DNA of 39,287 nucleotides from a virus (taxonomy: Duplodnaviria; Caudoviricetes), in IMG/VR virus record IMGVR_UViG_3300005662_000090, positions 1-39,287 of that record; one strand, given 5' to 3'. Below, piece by piece: positions 37,789 to 39,287 of this stretch. A program made the translations under genes and the position numbers. The notes beneath the pieces are model-generated. The model made no database searches and was not told the origin of the DNA. It worked only from the letters and a program-made list of their open reading frames with translations. Within the stretch, counting starts at the first letter, position 1, and each line of letters begins with the position of its first letter.

Positions 37789-39287
37789 ATGGCAACTTTA
37801 AGAGCTACAAAAGTTAATGTTTTAAATAGCACTAAAATTGAAGCGGAATTTAATGCAGATTTAGATCCGTTAATCAATACTTCTAATGTTGAAATAACAT
37901 CAAATGTAGTCAATGTTGTTAGTCCGGATGTTTTACAAGTTAAAGTTGTAAAAAATAAATTAATTATCACAACAAGACCCTTATTTCCTCATTATCCTTA
38001 TTTTATTAAATTTCTATCTTCAGATTTAACTTTATTTAAATCTTTAAATGGCGTTGTTCTTGGAGAAGATGGAAGAAATAATTTATTTTTAATTCTAGGA
38101 GCGGAGCAATCAGAGAATGATTTTAAAGATTATTTGATAGAGTCTTTAAAAGGAGACCCGTATAATTTAGATTATGGAACGATTGTTAGAGACATTGTTA
38201 ATGCAAATTCAACAATGCTTTTTAAAGTATTTAATGATATTCGTCAATTAAAAAATGATAATTATTTAAGCAGAACAATTTTTAATGAAAGAAAAACCAG
38301 AGGAGCTGGTCCTGTTGATTATTTATTAGAGGGCGGAGCGTATGAGGTTATAAAAGTTTCTAAAAATTTATCAGGAACATTAACTTCTGATAGCATTAGC
38401 TTTGAAGAGTTTCCGGCAGGTCCAATTACTCTTCAAAGAAAAATAGTAAAAGCAGAAAAATTATCTGCGGGAACAGGAATATCTACTTTTAAAAAATTAT
38501 CTTTAAAACTAAAAAATAATTTAATTACTAAGATAAATTTAATTAAAATACAATATTCAAATAATTATACTTATAATTACGATCTTAGTTCTTTGGGTTA
38601 TCAAATGCTAGATAACAGATATGATCCAGAGCTAGCCTCTTCAAATTTATCTTTAGAAAGCAATGAGATTTTATTATCTCCATTAGTTTTAGAAGACCCT
38701 AGTTTTATTCCTCCAGTTTCTGGCGACTATATTTATGTCTCATATGAATACAAAGATCTTGGTCGAATAATTAGCGAAGACACTATAGATGTATTTACTA
38801 CTTCTGAAATTATCAGAGAAGTTGTTCCTCCTATTTTAAATAAATTTTCTTTGCCAAATTATCCAATTATAGATCAGGCTGGAAACGTTGCAGAATATGG
38901 AGGCGTAGAATTTTTAGACCCTCAATCCAATCCTCCATTCTCTTCTAACCATCCTGCTTTCCAAAAAGAAATTACTTTTAAATTAGAAGGATTACCAAAA
39001 GCAATAGGTGAGTATGCCGTAGATTATGCTACGGGAACTGTTTATGTGTATGGCGCTCAAAAAAATGATGGTACTGGAGATTTTCCTCCTGTAGCTTCTT
39101 ATTTATATAAAAAATCGTATGTAAAAGACCTAGATTACATTTACGATGAAGACACTTATGAATTAGTTCGTTCTCCTTTAAGATTTTTAGAAGGAACAAG
39201 TGCAACAGTTTCATATTCTTTTGAAAAATCTTTAATTGCTGATATTGATTTCATTCCTCAAGTACATAAAGAAGTGCTCAATGAAAG
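37789..39287 (+). CDS. Baseplate wedge-associated structural protein, 3'-truncated (at least 499 aa); missing from the ORF track
   Basis: ATG 2 nt after the J-like stop. I translated the frame to the window end with no stop (MATLRATKVNVLNSTKIEAEF...GEYAVDYATGTVYVYG...HKEVLNE). Confidence 0.85.
   Translation, partial: MATLRATKVNVLNSTKIEAEFNADLDPLINTSNVEITSNVVNVVSPDVLQVKVVKNKLIITTRPLFPHYPYFIKFLSSDLTLFKSLNGVVLGEDGRNNLFLILGAEQSENDFKDYLIESLKGDPYNLDYGTIVRDIVNANSTMLFKVFNDIRQLKNDNYLSRTIFNERKTRGAGPVDYLLEGGAYEVIKVSKNLSGTLTSDSISFEEFPAGPITLQRKIVKAEKLSAGTGISTFKKLSLKLKNNLITKINLIKIQYSNNYTYNYDLSSLGYQMLDNRYDPELASSNLSLESNEILLSPLVLEDPSFIPPVSGDYIYVSYEYKDLGRIISEDTIDVFTTSEIIREVVPPILNKFSLPNYPIIDQAGNVAEYGGVEFLDPQSNPPFSSNHPAFQKEITFKLEGLPKAIGEYAVDYATGTVYVYGAQKNDGTGDFPPVASYLYKKSYVKDLDYIYDEDTYELVRSPLRFLEGTSATVSYSFEKSLIADIDFIPQVHKEVLNE

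Noticed and set aside
7219-39214. Short alternative-frame and minus-strand ORFs in the track (e.g. 7219, 7798, 12107, 14405, 16981, 17541, 18101, 18466, 20026, 21132, 21659, 24459, 24887, 26570, 32129, 35122, 37127, 37770, 39029)
   Set aside because: All lie inside or largely overlap long + strand genes, lack motifs, and look like shadow ORFs.
2713-39287. Reading the locus as an extracellular contractile injection system, tailocin or T6SS
   Set aside because: Neck-like genes, a frameshifted chaperone pair, a holin-like gene, very large fibres and auxiliary genes fit a phage. I saw no Afp15-type AAA+ ATPase or T6SS membrane complex. The absence of capsid genes is explained by the window limits, though not proven.
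1-39287. Stop-codon reassignment (code 15 or code 4)
   Set aside because: Genes are long and tightly packed under code 11. TGA ends several genes with the next gene adjacent, and readthrough of the single TAG at 19646 would not join the downstream ORF.

Overview
AT-rich (roughly 30% GC, estimated by eye), gene-dense window with every credible gene on the + strand in the standard code. It reads as the neck, tail and baseplate module of a large contractile-tailed (myovirus-type, probably jumbo) phage. Gene order: truncated cysteine desulfurase, HNH nuclease, cold-shock protein, putative neck proteins flanking an HExxH metallopeptidase, a structured 339-nt intergenic region, two large beta-helix fibre/spike proteins flanking a holin-like gene, putative tail terminator, sheath, tube, a tail-assembly chaperone pair joined by a -1 frameshift, tape measure, tube initiator, hub, spike, a hydrophobic Cys-rich protein, gp25-like and J-like wedge proteins, and a further wedge-like gene running off the right end. 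No capsid, portal, terminase, tRNA or CRISPR array was seen. The main unexplained signals are (i) an Asp-Gly-Tyr (DGY) tripeptide found 17 times in 8 structural proteins with varied codons, (ii) a fixed-spacing 14-nt motif upstream of structural genes that may be a phage late promoter producing near-leaderless mRNAs, and (iii) an origin-like intergenic region. All product calls come from recognising motifs and gene order, not from database searches.
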